Source: an uncultured virus (IMG/VR IMGVR_UViG_3300042559_001081) (lineage: Duplodnaviria > Heunggongvirae > Uroviricota > Caudoviricetes). Taken from it: a DNA stretch of 64,000 nt. Where the stretch lies: IMG/VR virus record IMGVR_UViG_3300042559_001081, positions 1 through 64,000 of that record; one strand, written 5' to 3'. The translations under genes and the position numbers were made by a program. Below, piece after piece: positions 35,592 through 44,699 of this stretch; the first letter of the stretch is position 1; each line of letters begins with the position of its first letter. The notes beneath the pieces were generated by a model. It did not search any database. It was not told the DNA's origin and saw only the letters and a list, made by a program, of their open reading frames with translations.

Positions 35592-37037
35592 ATGACATTG
35601 CGACTAAGACGCGGAACTGATCTTGCAAGACAATCTATCGTTTTTCAGGAAGGCGAGCTCGTTTACATAACCGACACAAAAGACTTGTACGCCGGGGACG
35701 GTACCACTGTAGGTGGTATAAAAGTATCTAACATTGGGTCGCCTAGTAGTCTAACACAAAATTTAAATCTTAACGGTTATAGTATTCAAGGTAGTGGTAC
35801 AATAAGTGCTACTTCGTTTGTTGGTGACGGTTCTGGACTAACTGGCATAGACATCGGTGTACAGTCGGGACAAGAATATGATATTAGCATACGCGGTGCT
35901 GTTAGAGGATATGACAGTACTGTATTAGTAGATCCGGCTAGTAACACAATATTCGGCAACTTTTTTGGGGATGGAACAAATTTAGTAAATGTTCCCGGTA
36001 CTATTGTGCCAAGTGGTGAATATACTATAAACGTTACAGGATACATTAGAGCATTTGATAACGATATTCTTGTTGATGCAGAAACAAAAACTATGTATGG
36101 CGATTTTATAGGAACTCATCAGGGATCGCTAAGAGCCGAAGATAGTACACTGTTAATCGATTCAAATTCTAGTTCTTTCTTTGGAACATTTATCGGAGAC
36201 GGAAGTCTCTTATCAAATATATCATTAACTCAAATAGCCGAAGTTGGAATAGTTAATCCAACTTTTAATGATGTACTATTTTATGACGGAAGTAGTTGGG
36301 TTAATTTATCGGCTTCTGACATAGGAATTTCTGAAGGCGGTAATTATAAAATTAGTGTTGTAGGTCTTGACAGCACAATTATAGTTGATGCTACAACAGG
36401 AACGGTAACAGCTGATCGAACAAATACTTCTAGAATTTTTCACAGTAGTGGCGATGTTCTTATTGTAACTTCCGCTGAGAGCGGTGAATCTACTGTTCTA
36501 ATGACTGATTCCGTTGATAACACATCAGAACTTCGTTTACGTAGAACATCCAACTCGGCTATTACCGATGACATGGTTTACGGAAAACTTACTTTTGAAA
36601 AGACTGAGAATTTCCTTACTACTACATCCGCTATTATCGGGGCTGACAACCTCGGGCTGTTTTTCTCGTACAATTCTAACGGAGTAGATTTTGACGAATC
36701 TACATATATAACATACTCGTTTGAAAATAAGCTTGGTATAGGAACCTTTAGTCCTACTGAGCGTCTAGATGTTCGTGGAAATGCAGTAGTTACAGGAACT
36801 GTTACTGCTGCATCATTTAACGGTTCGGTTGTGGCAGACGACAGCACTACTATAATTGATGCAATTAACGGATCAATTGTTGCAAGTAATTATGTAATGT
36901 TTGGTCGGTTAACTACTTCTGAACGCGATGCCCTATTTCCAGAAAATGGAATGGTTATTTATAACACCACAGCAAATAGATTTCAGGGCTATCAAAACAA
37001 TTCTTGGATCAATATCGACGACGGCACAAGTGCGTAA
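35592..37037 (+). CDS. Tail fibre/virion fibre-like protein (Mtd-N-like N-terminus, internal repeats)
   Basis: LRLRRGT...EGELVYITDTKDLYAGDG; GDGSxL and DSTxxxD repeats; LTTSERDAL..NGMVIYNTT C-terminus. Confidence 0.75.
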   Translation: MTLRLRRGTDLARQSIVFQEGELVYITDTKDLYAGDGTTVGGIKVSNIGSPSSLTQNLNLNGYSIQGSGTISATSFVGDGSGLTGIDIGVQSGQEYDISIRGAVRGYDSTVLVDPASNTIFGNFFGDGTNLVNVPGTIVPSGEYTINVTGYIRAFDNDILVDAETKTMYGDFIGTHQGSLRAEDSTLLIDSNSSSFFGTFIGDGSLLSNISLTQIAEVGIVNPTFNDVLFYDGSSWVNLSASDIGISEGGNYKISVVGLDSTIIVDATTGTVTADRTNTSRIFHSSGDVLIVTSAESGESTVLMTDSVDNTSELRLRRTSNSAITDDMVYGKLTFEKTENFLTTTSAIIGADNLGLFFSYNSNGVDFDESTYITYSFENKLGIGTFSPTERLDVRGNAVVTGTVTAASFNGSVVADDSTTIIDAINGSIVASNYVMFGRLTTSERDALFPENGMVIYNTTANRFQGYQNNSWINIDDGTSA

Positions 37038-37042
37038 TACTA

Positions 37043-37075
37043 ATTACTTTACAAGAGAATCTCTTGTAAAGTAAT
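37043..37075. repeat. 33-bp palindrome (16-bp arms, 1-nt centre) at the island boundary
   Basis: ATTACTTTACAAGAGA-A-TCTCTTGTAAAGTAAT. Confidence 0.9.
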
Positions 37076-37103
37076 GTTTACTCAATAAGCTTAAAGTTGT
37101 AAA

Positions 37104-37673
37104 ATGAAAATTAAGAATGTAATAATTCACGGAAAAATTTCCGACCCGTCCTACTTTGATAAAATGATGTCGCTGCTATCTGCAGATGAAAGTAAGAGAA
37201 ATGAAAATTATACATATGAAAATATGGATTTTAAAAATCATTTAACTTATGACTTGCTGCTTACCGACGACGACGAAATCATTTGTTTTAGCGGACTTTA
37301 TTCTAGACCCGGTTGGGGTGAACGCATTTATAGAAGTTCCAACAGAACTTACGTAAATCCTAAATTTAGAAATAATGCATACAACTTTTATAATCCAATG
37401 TACATTGTTCCTCATCAGGTAACTAAGTTTCAATCACACATAGATATTGTTTTTAGTTCTAGAGAGCATTATAAATCAGAATTTTTTTTTAAAAAAGCAA
37501 AGACTGTGGTTGACTTTTACAAAGATTGGGATATAATGGATAATATGATAAAAGTTGTGCCCACGTCAACTAAAAAATCTGCATATCAAAAAGTTATAGT
37601 AAAATCTTTTACTGGTGCTAAATTGCCATTTGCATCTATAACAAAAGATGAATGGAATATGTTGCCCGATTAA
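37104..37673 (+). CDS. Hypothetical protein, possibly GNAT-like
   Basis: IICFSGLY...RTYVNPKFR resembles the GNAT beta4/acyl-CoA loop (weak). Confidence 0.5.
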   Translation: MKIKNVIIHGKISDPSYFDKMMSLLSADESKRNENYTYENMDFKNHLTYDLLLTDDDEIICFSGLYSRPGWGERIYRSSNRTYVNPKFRNNAYNFYNPMYIVPHQVTKFQSHIDIVFSSREHYKSEFFFKKAKTVVDFYKDWDIMDNMIKVVPTSTKKSAYQKVIVKSFTGAKLPFASITKDEWNMLPD

Positions 37674-37761
37674 GCTGTGTTTTAAATTTTATAAAACAAC
37701 TGCCCAATCAAGTAATAGATAAACATAGAAAATTATGTAAGTTGAAAGAAATTAAAAAATA

Positions 37762-39033
37762 ATGGGTAGATTATACATAAACGATGTAGAAAAATTTATT
37801 TTACAAAAACTAAAAAAACCAGATATAACACACCCAGCAATTTATGTTAATCCAGGAATAGTAGACTTATCCACTATTCCTTATAAAATTTATAATAAGG
37901 ATCAAGATTTCTTATTACTTAAAAACGATGTAAGTAACATTTCTATAAAAGTAGAAGTTAACAACAAAATACATGATTTTTATATTATAAATAAACAATT
38001 TGTTAGCACAAATACTTGTAAGTTTTCTAAAGATTCTAATTTATCATTTGGATACGGTTTAACTGCTTTACCTAATTTGCCTTTGCTTCCTTTTATAGAA
38101 AAGTTTAAAATTCCTAAAGACATTGAAGTTATGTCATGGTGGGATGAATGTGTAAACAGTGCAAAACATATAAAAGAAAGATATAAAGATATCTTTCTTT
38201 GTTTAAGTGGAGGATTAGATTCTGAACTTATGGCTCTTGCATTTATCGATGCTAATGTTAAATTTACGGCATTTTCTTTAGTTTATAAGCATAAAGATAA
38301 AATATTAAACGAACACGATATTAAACACGCTGTTGATTTATGTAAAAAATATAACATAAAACTTGTTACCAAAGATGTGAATATTCTAGAAGATCTATAT
38401 AACAACAGACATAGAGAATATTTTATAAACGGAGTTTATGAAACTTATTTTATTCTGCCATATCTTTATACTCAACAACTTATGATCGAACACATAAACA
38501 AGTTAGGCGGCGTTCCGATCATGGCCTCAGATCAGGTCGAAATGAAACTGAATAAAGATGGCGAAGTATGCATCGGAGACTGTTCTTATTCTATAGGCCT
38601 TTCTGCTCCTACGTGGGCACACTTGACTAACAACACATGCATTTATGATTTTTTTATGTATAGTCCAGAGCAAATATATGCATTTTTAAAACTAGAAGAT
38701 GTGCAATCAACCAAGACAGTCGATTATAATTTTAAAAGAAAAGTTAGTATGATGCATGGATCTCAAAAATTAAAATTTTATGAGAAAATAACAGGCTACG
38801 AATACATCAAGGAATCACTATTAATATACTATAAAAAAGAAATGCACGAAATTACATTTAACACAATCGAAGATATTGACTGGACTAAAAAACCAATGGC
38901 ACAGTTTATACATCCAATAAAAGATATAATTTCTGAAAATGAATTTAACAACTGGCAAATTATTAGAACAACATCAAATGACTTTTTAGCAAGAGGATTT
39001 AAAGAAAATGACCCACTATACTACGACATATAA
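37762..39033 (+). CDS. PP-loop ATPase, asparagine synthase C-domain-like
   Basis: LCLSGGLDSELM; no N-terminal Cys glutaminase domain seen. Confidence 0.65.
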   Translation: MGRLYINDVEKFILQKLKKPDITHPAIYVNPGIVDLSTIPYKIYNKDQDFLLLKNDVSNISIKVEVNNKIHDFYIINKQFVSTNTCKFSKDSNLSFGYGLTALPNLPLLPFIEKFKIPKDIEVMSWWDECVNSAKHIKERYKDIFLCLSGGLDSELMALAFIDANVKFTAFSLVYKHKDKILNEHDIKHAVDLCKKYNIKLVTKDVNILEDLYNNRHREYFINGVYETYFILPYLYTQQLMIEHINKLGGVPIMASDQVEMKLNKDGEVCIGDCSYSIGLSAPTWAHLTNNTCIYDFFMYSPEQIYAFLKLEDVQSTKTVDYNFKRKVSMMHGSQKLKFYEKITGYEYIKESLLIYYKKEMHEITFNTIEDIDWTKKPMAQFIHPIKDIISENEFNNWQIIRTTSNDFLARGFKENDPLYYDI

Positions 39034-40357
39034 AAATTTTAAAAAAATAATTATCCTCGGTGCAGGTAGCATTTCTAATGCACTGTTACCGTTAATATAC
39101 AAACACATCGAAAATCCTAATGTTACAATTATTTCTGAAGATAACCGAAATAGTGACATCACTGAACAATACAATCTTACTAGAATTTTAAAAAAAATTG
39201 AGAAAGATTCTTACAAAGAGCTTCTGTCAAATTATACATCCGACGGTGATCTAGTAATTAACTTAACAGTCGACGTGTCTTCACAAGATTTAATCGATTA
39301 TTGCATGTTAAACAATTTAAATTATATAGATACATGTATTCAACCGTGGCCAGGATTTTTTGACAACTCTTCGATGTCAGACAGTGAAAGATCAAATTAT
39401 GGATTAAGAAACAAACTAATCAGTACAAAAAACGATAGAAAAAATAAATCTACAGCTATTGTATCGCACGGTGCTAATCCCGGGTTAGTAAACCACATAG
39501 TTAAAGACGGAATTTTAAGAATATCAAAAATTCTTGGATACGAAGATACACCCACAAATAAAATTGAATGGGCAGAGCTTTCTAAAAAAATAGGACTTAA
39601 AACAATACACGTATCTGAGAGAGATTCGCAATTTGACTTATCCGAAAAAAAGAAAAACGAATTCGTGAATACTTGGAGCGTTGATGGTTTTATTGCCGAG
39701 GGAATATTGCCTGCAGAACTCGGTTGGGGTACACACGAACTAGAAATGCCATCGCAAGGCTGCAACCACGAATACGGAACAAAGTCATCCATTTTCTTAA
39801 AAACTCCCGGATGTTCTACAAAAGTAAAAACATGGACGCCAAGTCATAAAAGTATCGTAGGCTATTTAATAACACATCAGGAATCTATGTCAATTGCAGA
39901 ATTTTTAACAACTGATCACTATAGACCGACTGTGCATTATGCATATTGTCCGTGTGATGTAGCATCCGAAAGTCTTGAAGAATTAGTTAAAAGAAACTTA
40001 AAAGGTCAAGATAATGCAAGAATAATGACAGACTCTCTAGTCGGCGGTATGGACGAGTTAGGAGTTTTGTTTATGGGAGATTTTGGTGCATACTGGCTAG
40101 GAAGTCAACTAAGCATCGACGAAACTAGATCATTGATTAGTCATAATAATGCAACTAGTCTACAAGTAGTTGCACCGTTGTTTGCTGCAATGCTCTGGGT
40201 TAACGAGAACACACATTGCGGATTACTAGAACCTGATGATTTGCCCTATGACTTTATTTTAGACAAGTCGATGCCGTATCTCGGTAAGTATGTATTTGTA
40301 AAATCAGACTTTACTGTGAAAGATTGGCAATTTGTAAATTTTCTAGTAAGTGAGTAA
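39008..40357 (+). CDS. hss: Homospermidine synthase
   Basis: GAGSI, YIDTCIQPW, HGANPGLV, FVNTWSVDGF, PAELGWGTHE, YRPTVHYAY, NATSLQV. Confidence 0.92.
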   Translation: MTHYTTTYKNFKKIIILGAGSISNALLPLIYKHIENPNVTIISEDNRNSDITEQYNLTRILKKIEKDSYKELLSNYTSDGDLVINLTVDVSSQDLIDYCMLNNLNYIDTCIQPWPGFFDNSSMSDSERSNYGLRNKLISTKNDRKNKSTAIVSHGANPGLVNHIVKDGILRISKILGYEDTPTNKIEWAELSKKIGLKTIHVSERDSQFDLSEKKKNEFVNTWSVDGFIAEGILPAELGWGTHELEMPSQGCNHEYGTKSSIFLKTPGCSTKVKTWTPSHKSIVGYLITHQESMSIAEFLTTDHYRPTVHYAYCPCDVASESLEELVKRNLKGQDNARIMTDSLVGGMDELGVLFMGDFGAYWLGSQLSIDETRSLISHNNATSLQVVAPLFAAMLWVNENTHCGLLEPDDLPYDFILDKSMPYLGKYVFVKSDFTVKDWQFVNFLVSE

Positions 40358-40371
40358 TCACTTACTAGAAA
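40340..40371. terminator. 14-bp inverted repeat formed by the ends of two convergent genes
   Basis: TTTCTAGTAAGTGA-GTAA-TCACTTACTAGAAA. Confidence 0.55.
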
Positions 40372-40939
40372 TAATTGTTGCAACTAAATGTATTCTTTCT
40401 TTTGTACTAGCATTAAACGCTGTATGCTTTTTCTGAGTTTCTGTATACCACCATTTATTTTTTTCTAAGTGACACACTTGATCTTCTATTACCATTAAGC
40501 ATCCTTCTTGAGTTTGCATAGGATAATGAACTCTTACATTATGGTCAACATGCCACGACAAGCATGTTTTTGGTCTTGATTTCATTATTCTAACTCTGCC
40601 CAAGACAAACATACTGTCTAATGCGTTATATGCAGTTTCAAAAAGTGTTCCATGAAATCTTGTGCATAGGTGTTTAAAATCTTCTTCTTTTAAAGGATTT
40701 TCTCGTACAACAGGATTAGTTGGAATTCCTGATTTAATATCTATCCCTGCTTTGTCCCAATCTAAATCTAAACTACCAACTCCGTGATGTATATTGTCCG
40801 GTTGATCGTCTGTAGTATTTAAACAGATTTGGTTTGGTTCTCTTGGAGAAAAATTAATAATATTCATATCTAATAATCTGTTATACTCTTCTATTAAATT
40901 AAGTATAGGCAATCCAGATATTTCGCGAAAGTTTTCCAT
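40358..40939 (-). CDS. Fe(II)/2OG oxygenase, aspartyl/asparaginyl beta-hydroxylase-like
   Basis: RVRIM, WHVD, HTAFN, RIHLV. Confidence 0.7.
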   Translation of the reverse strand: MENFREISGLPILNLIEEYNRLLDMNIINFSPREPNQICLNTTDDQPDNIHHGVGSLDLDWDKAGIDIKSGIPTNPVVRENPLKEEDFKHLCTRFHGTLFETAYNALDSMFVLGRVRIMKSRPKTCLSWHVDHNVRVHYPMQTQEGCLMVIEDQVCHLEKNKWWYTETQKKHTAFNASTKERIHLVATIISSK

Positions 40940-40952
40940 TTTTTCCTTTTTA

Positions 40953-41483
40953 TTACTTTGGCAATATTGTCATTGATGTCAATCTATAACTACGAGTCAT
41001 ATTCACAGAATCTATAATAAATTGTGCAGCATCATTAGTATTTATAAAGCTAGATGGATTGACCATACTTAAAATCCGTTCAGTGCCTATATAACCAAAT
41101 CTAAACATAGTAACCTTGCACGGTTTGTTCATATTAGCTAACTGCTCGTTGGCTTTTTCTAAGCTTGCTTTTTGTGCTGAATATTCGTGAGGATGGCGTT
41201 TGATTCCATCTGTAGTATTACTACCAATGTTTATAATAATTTTGTCAAGTTCTGCCCATCTATCCCACAATTCATATAGTAACTGTGTTTGAGCATATCC
41301 ATCATGTGCATTATTAATAAACACATCGCAATGTATAGATTTGTCGATAATGCACTGTCTACTTAACGGATCTGTTATATCATATCCGGTTGATGTACTA
41401 AATCCTACAACTTTGTCATTGCCTACTAAATTAACAATTGCTTTTCCTAAACCATTAGTATGACCTGTTATTGCAATATTCAT
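40953..41483 (-). CDS. Short-chain dehydrogenase/reductase
   Basis: ITGHTNGLG, FINNA, INIGS, YSAQK. Confidence 0.88.
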   Translation of the reverse strand: MNIAITGHTNGLGKAIVNLVGNDKVVGFSTSTGYDITDPLSRQCIIDKSIHCDVFINNAHDGYAQTQLLYELWDRWAELDKIIINIGSNTTDGIKRHPHEYSAQKASLEKANEQLANMNKPCKVTMFRFGYIGTERILSMVNPSSFINTNDAAQFIIDSVNMTRSYRLTSMTILPK

Positions 41484-41500
41484 AATTTTATAATTTCCTT

Positions 41501-42553
41501 TTATTTTTTTAATACATCCGATAACTCTGGGATATACTTATCTATACTTTTTTTCAATATAAGATCTTGGTACTTTGTTTTTTCCACTAACATCTTATTA
41601 AGTTTGTAATTATATTTGTAATCTTTTATAAAACTAGAATTGTAATTGTTTTTATGTTTTTCTATATATTCCGGTGGCAATGAGTTTAGCGTAAATTCTA
41701 CAGGATCTTTTATAAGAACAGGATTATGTTCTAAATTAAACTCTTTACTAAAATTATTTAATTGTTCTATATTATGAAAATTATATGCCTGCACTACTGT
41801 ATGAATGTATCTCATACTTTTCTTGTTGTTGTTTTTAAAAAAATCTTCCCATTTTTCTAAATTTTTAACTACCGAGTCCCATTTACATCCATCACGTATA
41901 AATTCGTTAACTCTTTCAGTGCCGTCTATACTGTACCCAACAAAAATTTCATCTGCATTAAGTAGTTGTGTTTCGAACTTTTCTGGTGATACAGTCAGAT
42001 TTGTGTTAATGTAAAATTTTATTTTATTATCACTATGATTTTTAATAAAATTAAAAATGTTTTCTATTTCATCTGTAAGTAATGGCTCTCCACCAAGGTA
42101 TTTTATTGTATTAACCTGTGTTCCAGTAATGCTTTTTAATAATTTTTCTATATTATAGGAAACTACTCCAGCAGTTTTTAAATTATCTTCAGTTTTCTTC
42201 CAAAGACTGCTATGTTTCGGATCGCACATGCGACACCGGCTATTGCATTTATTGCTTACCGCAATTTCTAACATATCAAAGACATTTATGTCAGACTGAC
42301 AATAAAAACTATAGCTATCTCTAACAGAATGCATCCCTAGCATTTCTGTTTTCTTACACGATAAGCACCCTTTGTCCCATGAATCTCCTTCCATATTTTT
42401 TCTTATAGAAGCAATATAATCCGAATTTAAAAATTCTAAAGGTGTTAAATCATCTACTGTGTACGGACTTGTTTCAGGATATTCGCAGCAAGGTCTATAT
42501 TTTCCACTAATTTCTACACATACTTGATTATATAACGCTTTACATAAGGGCAT
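41501..42553 (-). CDS. Radical SAM protein, family A (N-terminal twitch-like Cys module)
   Basis: CNSRCRMC, LGGEP; N-terminal C..PCC..CLSC. Confidence 0.9.
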   Translation of the reverse strand: MPLCKALYNQVCVEISGKYRPCCEYPETSPYTVDDLTPLEFLNSDYIASIRKNMEGDSWDKGCLSCKKTEMLGMHSVRDSYSFYCQSDINVFDMLEIAVSNKCNSRCRMCDPKHSSLWKKTEDNLKTAGVVSYNIEKLLKSITGTQVNTIKYLGGEPLLTDEIENIFNFIKNHSDNKIKFYINTNLTVSPEKFETQLLNADEIFVGYSIDGTERVNEFIRDGCKWDSVVKNLEKWEDFFKNNNKKSMRYIHTVVQAYNFHNIEQLNNFSKEFNLEHNPVLIKDPVEFTLNSLPPEYIEKHKNNYNSSFIKDYKYNYKLNKMLVEKTKYQDLILKKSIDKYIPELSDVLKK

Positions 42554-43671
42554 TATAATTCTTTCTTAAACTTTGGAATTTTACTATCTGCACTGCTTAC
42601 ACAACTAGATGTTATGCACGGCATAGGTTTGTCAAACAATTTAAATCCTGTTTCGATATTACCCAACGGAACATCGTGGCATGAATACGAACGTTTAACC
42701 GATCCATCCGGCTCTCTAATAATTATGCCCTGGTATCCTGCATTGCAACTCCAACCTTTAAAGTTATTGAAGTTAAACGCATTAAATCGTTCGGCCTGAT
42801 CCATATACCATTTTTCGCCTTTAGAGTCGGTAAACTCTACTTGCATGTGCCACGGCACAGTAGCATCATTACGTCCTATTGTGTAGTCAGGAAGTTCAAA
42901 TGTCGGAGTCGGTCTGTTTGCCCAGATACGTTTGTTTTCTGTATATGCTCGTTGTGGCATTCCGTTCCACAGTCTCTTAAGCATATCAGGAGTATAACCA
43001 TCTACTACCCTGCTAGCAGTAGGATCACTTTGTGGCTTGAGTGTAACGTTAATTCCCTGTTCGTGGAAGAATAAAGCATTTTCCCAATCCTTTTCGAACC
43101 ATTCTGGAACCATAACCATATTGATTGTAATTTGTATATCATATTCTTGACACAGGATTAACTTGTCTGCAAAATCCTGCATCTTTTCCTTTGTGTCTAA
43201 ATGTTCTGTATGCAAGCTAGCAGTAATACTTGCACGATGAAAGGGCTTAGAATATTCTACGTATTGTTCAAACCATTTCATTGGCCTTGAACAATTTGAT
43301 GTCATATGAATGGAAGTGTAATTAGTATTAGAAACATCATCAGCAAGATATTTGAGAATATCCAAATACCCAGGGTGAAAAGTAGGCTCGCCACCAGATA
43401 AACTAAAATGAAAGCTATTAAAACCGTTATCACGTGCTTGACGTTTTATTTCGTCGATTGTTTTGAGACATAGCTCTGTAGGTCGATGATCTTTTGTGTT
43501 GGATCTTGCGTACGGCCAACAATAGCTGCATCTGTAGTTGCAGAATCTTCCAAGGAGCCAAGATACAGTAAATAAGTCTCTATATAAGAGTGTCCGTTGG
43601 CCGACTTGGACAATGTCGTCAAACGGGATTTTGGTAAAGTCATAATTGCTCCATTTTAAATCTTCGGTCAT
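42553..43671 (-). CDS. Radical SAM protein, family C
   Basis: CNYRCSYC, SGGEPT; C-terminal GWSCNAG...SC...PCITSSC. Confidence 0.9.
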   Translation of the reverse strand: MTEDLKWSNYDFTKIPFDDIVQVGQRTLLYRDLFTVSWLLGRFCNYRCSYCWPYARSNTKDHRPTELCLKTIDEIKRQARDNGFNSFHFSLSGGEPTFHPGYLDILKYLADDVSNTNYTSIHMTSNCSRPMKWFEQYVEYSKPFHRASITASLHTEHLDTKEKMQDFADKLILCQEYDIQITINMVMVPEWFEKDWENALFFHEQGINVTLKPQSDPTASRVVDGYTPDMLKRLWNGMPQRAYTENKRIWANRPTPTFELPDYTIGRNDATVPWHMQVEFTDSKGEKWYMDQAERFNAFNFNNFKGWSCNAGYQGIIIREPDGSVKRSYSCHDVPLGNIETGFKLFDKPMPCITSSCVSSADSKIPKFKKEL

Positions 43672-43677
43672 ATTTTT

Positions 43678-43705
43678 AGTATAACACCTTTCTCGTATTT
43701 GTCAA
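43678..43705 (-). promoter_or_regulatory. Sigma70 extended -10 promoter, 6 nt before ATG 43671
   Basis: Minus strand TTGACA-16-TATACT with TG; TTAAATA also at 43715-43721. Confidence 0.55.
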
Positions 43706-43723
43706 TTATGTTTATATTTAACA

Positions 43724-43731
43724 GATAAGTA
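43724..43731 (+). promoter_or_regulatory. Late-type promoter GATAAGTA, 5 nt before ATG (leaderless)
   Basis: No SD; same spacing as the other three sites. Confidence 0.6.
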
Positions 43732-43736
43732 TTAGC

Positions 43737-44699
43737 ATGATTTATGACGAGCTCACTCATTTTAAAAACTATGTATTTGTAGATTGGGATATAAGTAGTC
43801 GCTGCAATTACAATTGCTATTACTGCACACCCGAGTCACATGACGGAAAAATAAATTTTCCCGATATAACTGTTGCAAAAAAAGTAGTCGAAAAAATAGA
43901 GAAAGAATACAGTTCTTGTAAAGAATTTGCAGTGTATAATCTTTTAGGTGGAGAACCTACTATATGGAATGATTTGCCAGAATTTAGCAAATATATCAAA
44001 TCTATTAACAACAAAAATATATTACAATTGTTGACAAACGGCAATAGAACACTAAGATGGTGGGAAAATTCTGCACCATACATAGATAAAATTATTGTTA
44101 GTGTGCATGTTGCACAAACCGATATTGTTAAATTAGTAGAAAAGTTTAACAAGCTAGCAGATAAAATCTATATAGACTTTCAATTTGCAATGGATGTTGC
44201 AGTGTTTGATCAAGCCGTTGAAGATTATTATTATGCTTATAACAACCTGCATGAAAATATTTGTTTATATTCTAAGCCTTTACGGAAAGTGTTAAATAAC
44301 ACCGAATTGATGCCATATACAGAATTGCAAATTGAAACTATTAAAAAGTTACCATCTAAATGGAGCAGATCTATCGAAATATTCGAAACTCCTATGGTTA
44401 AAAAGCTTAACGGAACAGTTGTAGACCCTGCTGTTAATATTGGTAAATTAGTTTTATCAAAAGAAAACAACTGGTACGGATGGGCTTGTTGGATTGGCAT
44501 AGATACTATTACTATTAATCGATACGGAAATGTTAAAATAGGTTCTGGTTGCAACCCCGACCTAGTGCTCGGTAATATAAATTCTTTAGATTTTAAATTT
44601 CCACTGATTCCTGTCAAGTGTAAATATACTACTTGTGGATGTTTTGCTGATATATCTACAACAAAAAAATTAAACTACACAGGACCTATGATTCTTTAA
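43737..44699 (+). CDS. Radical SAM protein, family C
   Basis: CNYNCYYC, LGGEPT; C-terminal GWACWIG...GC...CKYTTCGC. Confidence 0.9.
   Translation: MIYDELTHFKNYVFVDWDISSRCNYNCYYCTPESHDGKINFPDITVAKKVVEKIEKEYSSCKEFAVYNLLGGEPTIWNDLPEFSKYIKSINNKNILQLLTNGNRTLRWWENSAPYIDKIIVSVHVAQTDIVKLVEKFNKLADKIYIDFQFAMDVAVFDQAVEDYYYAYNNLHENICLYSKPLRKVLNNTELMPYTELQIETIKKLPSKWSRSIEIFETPMVKKLNGTVVDPAVNIGKLVLSKENNWYGWACWIGIDTITINRYGNVKIGSGCNPDLVLGNINSLDFKFPLIPVKCKYTTCGCFADISTTKKLNYTGPMIL

Noticed and set aside
35592..37037. Diversity-generating retroelement suggested by the Mtd-like N-terminus
   Set aside because: No reverse transcriptase and no TR/VR repeat pair seen in the window
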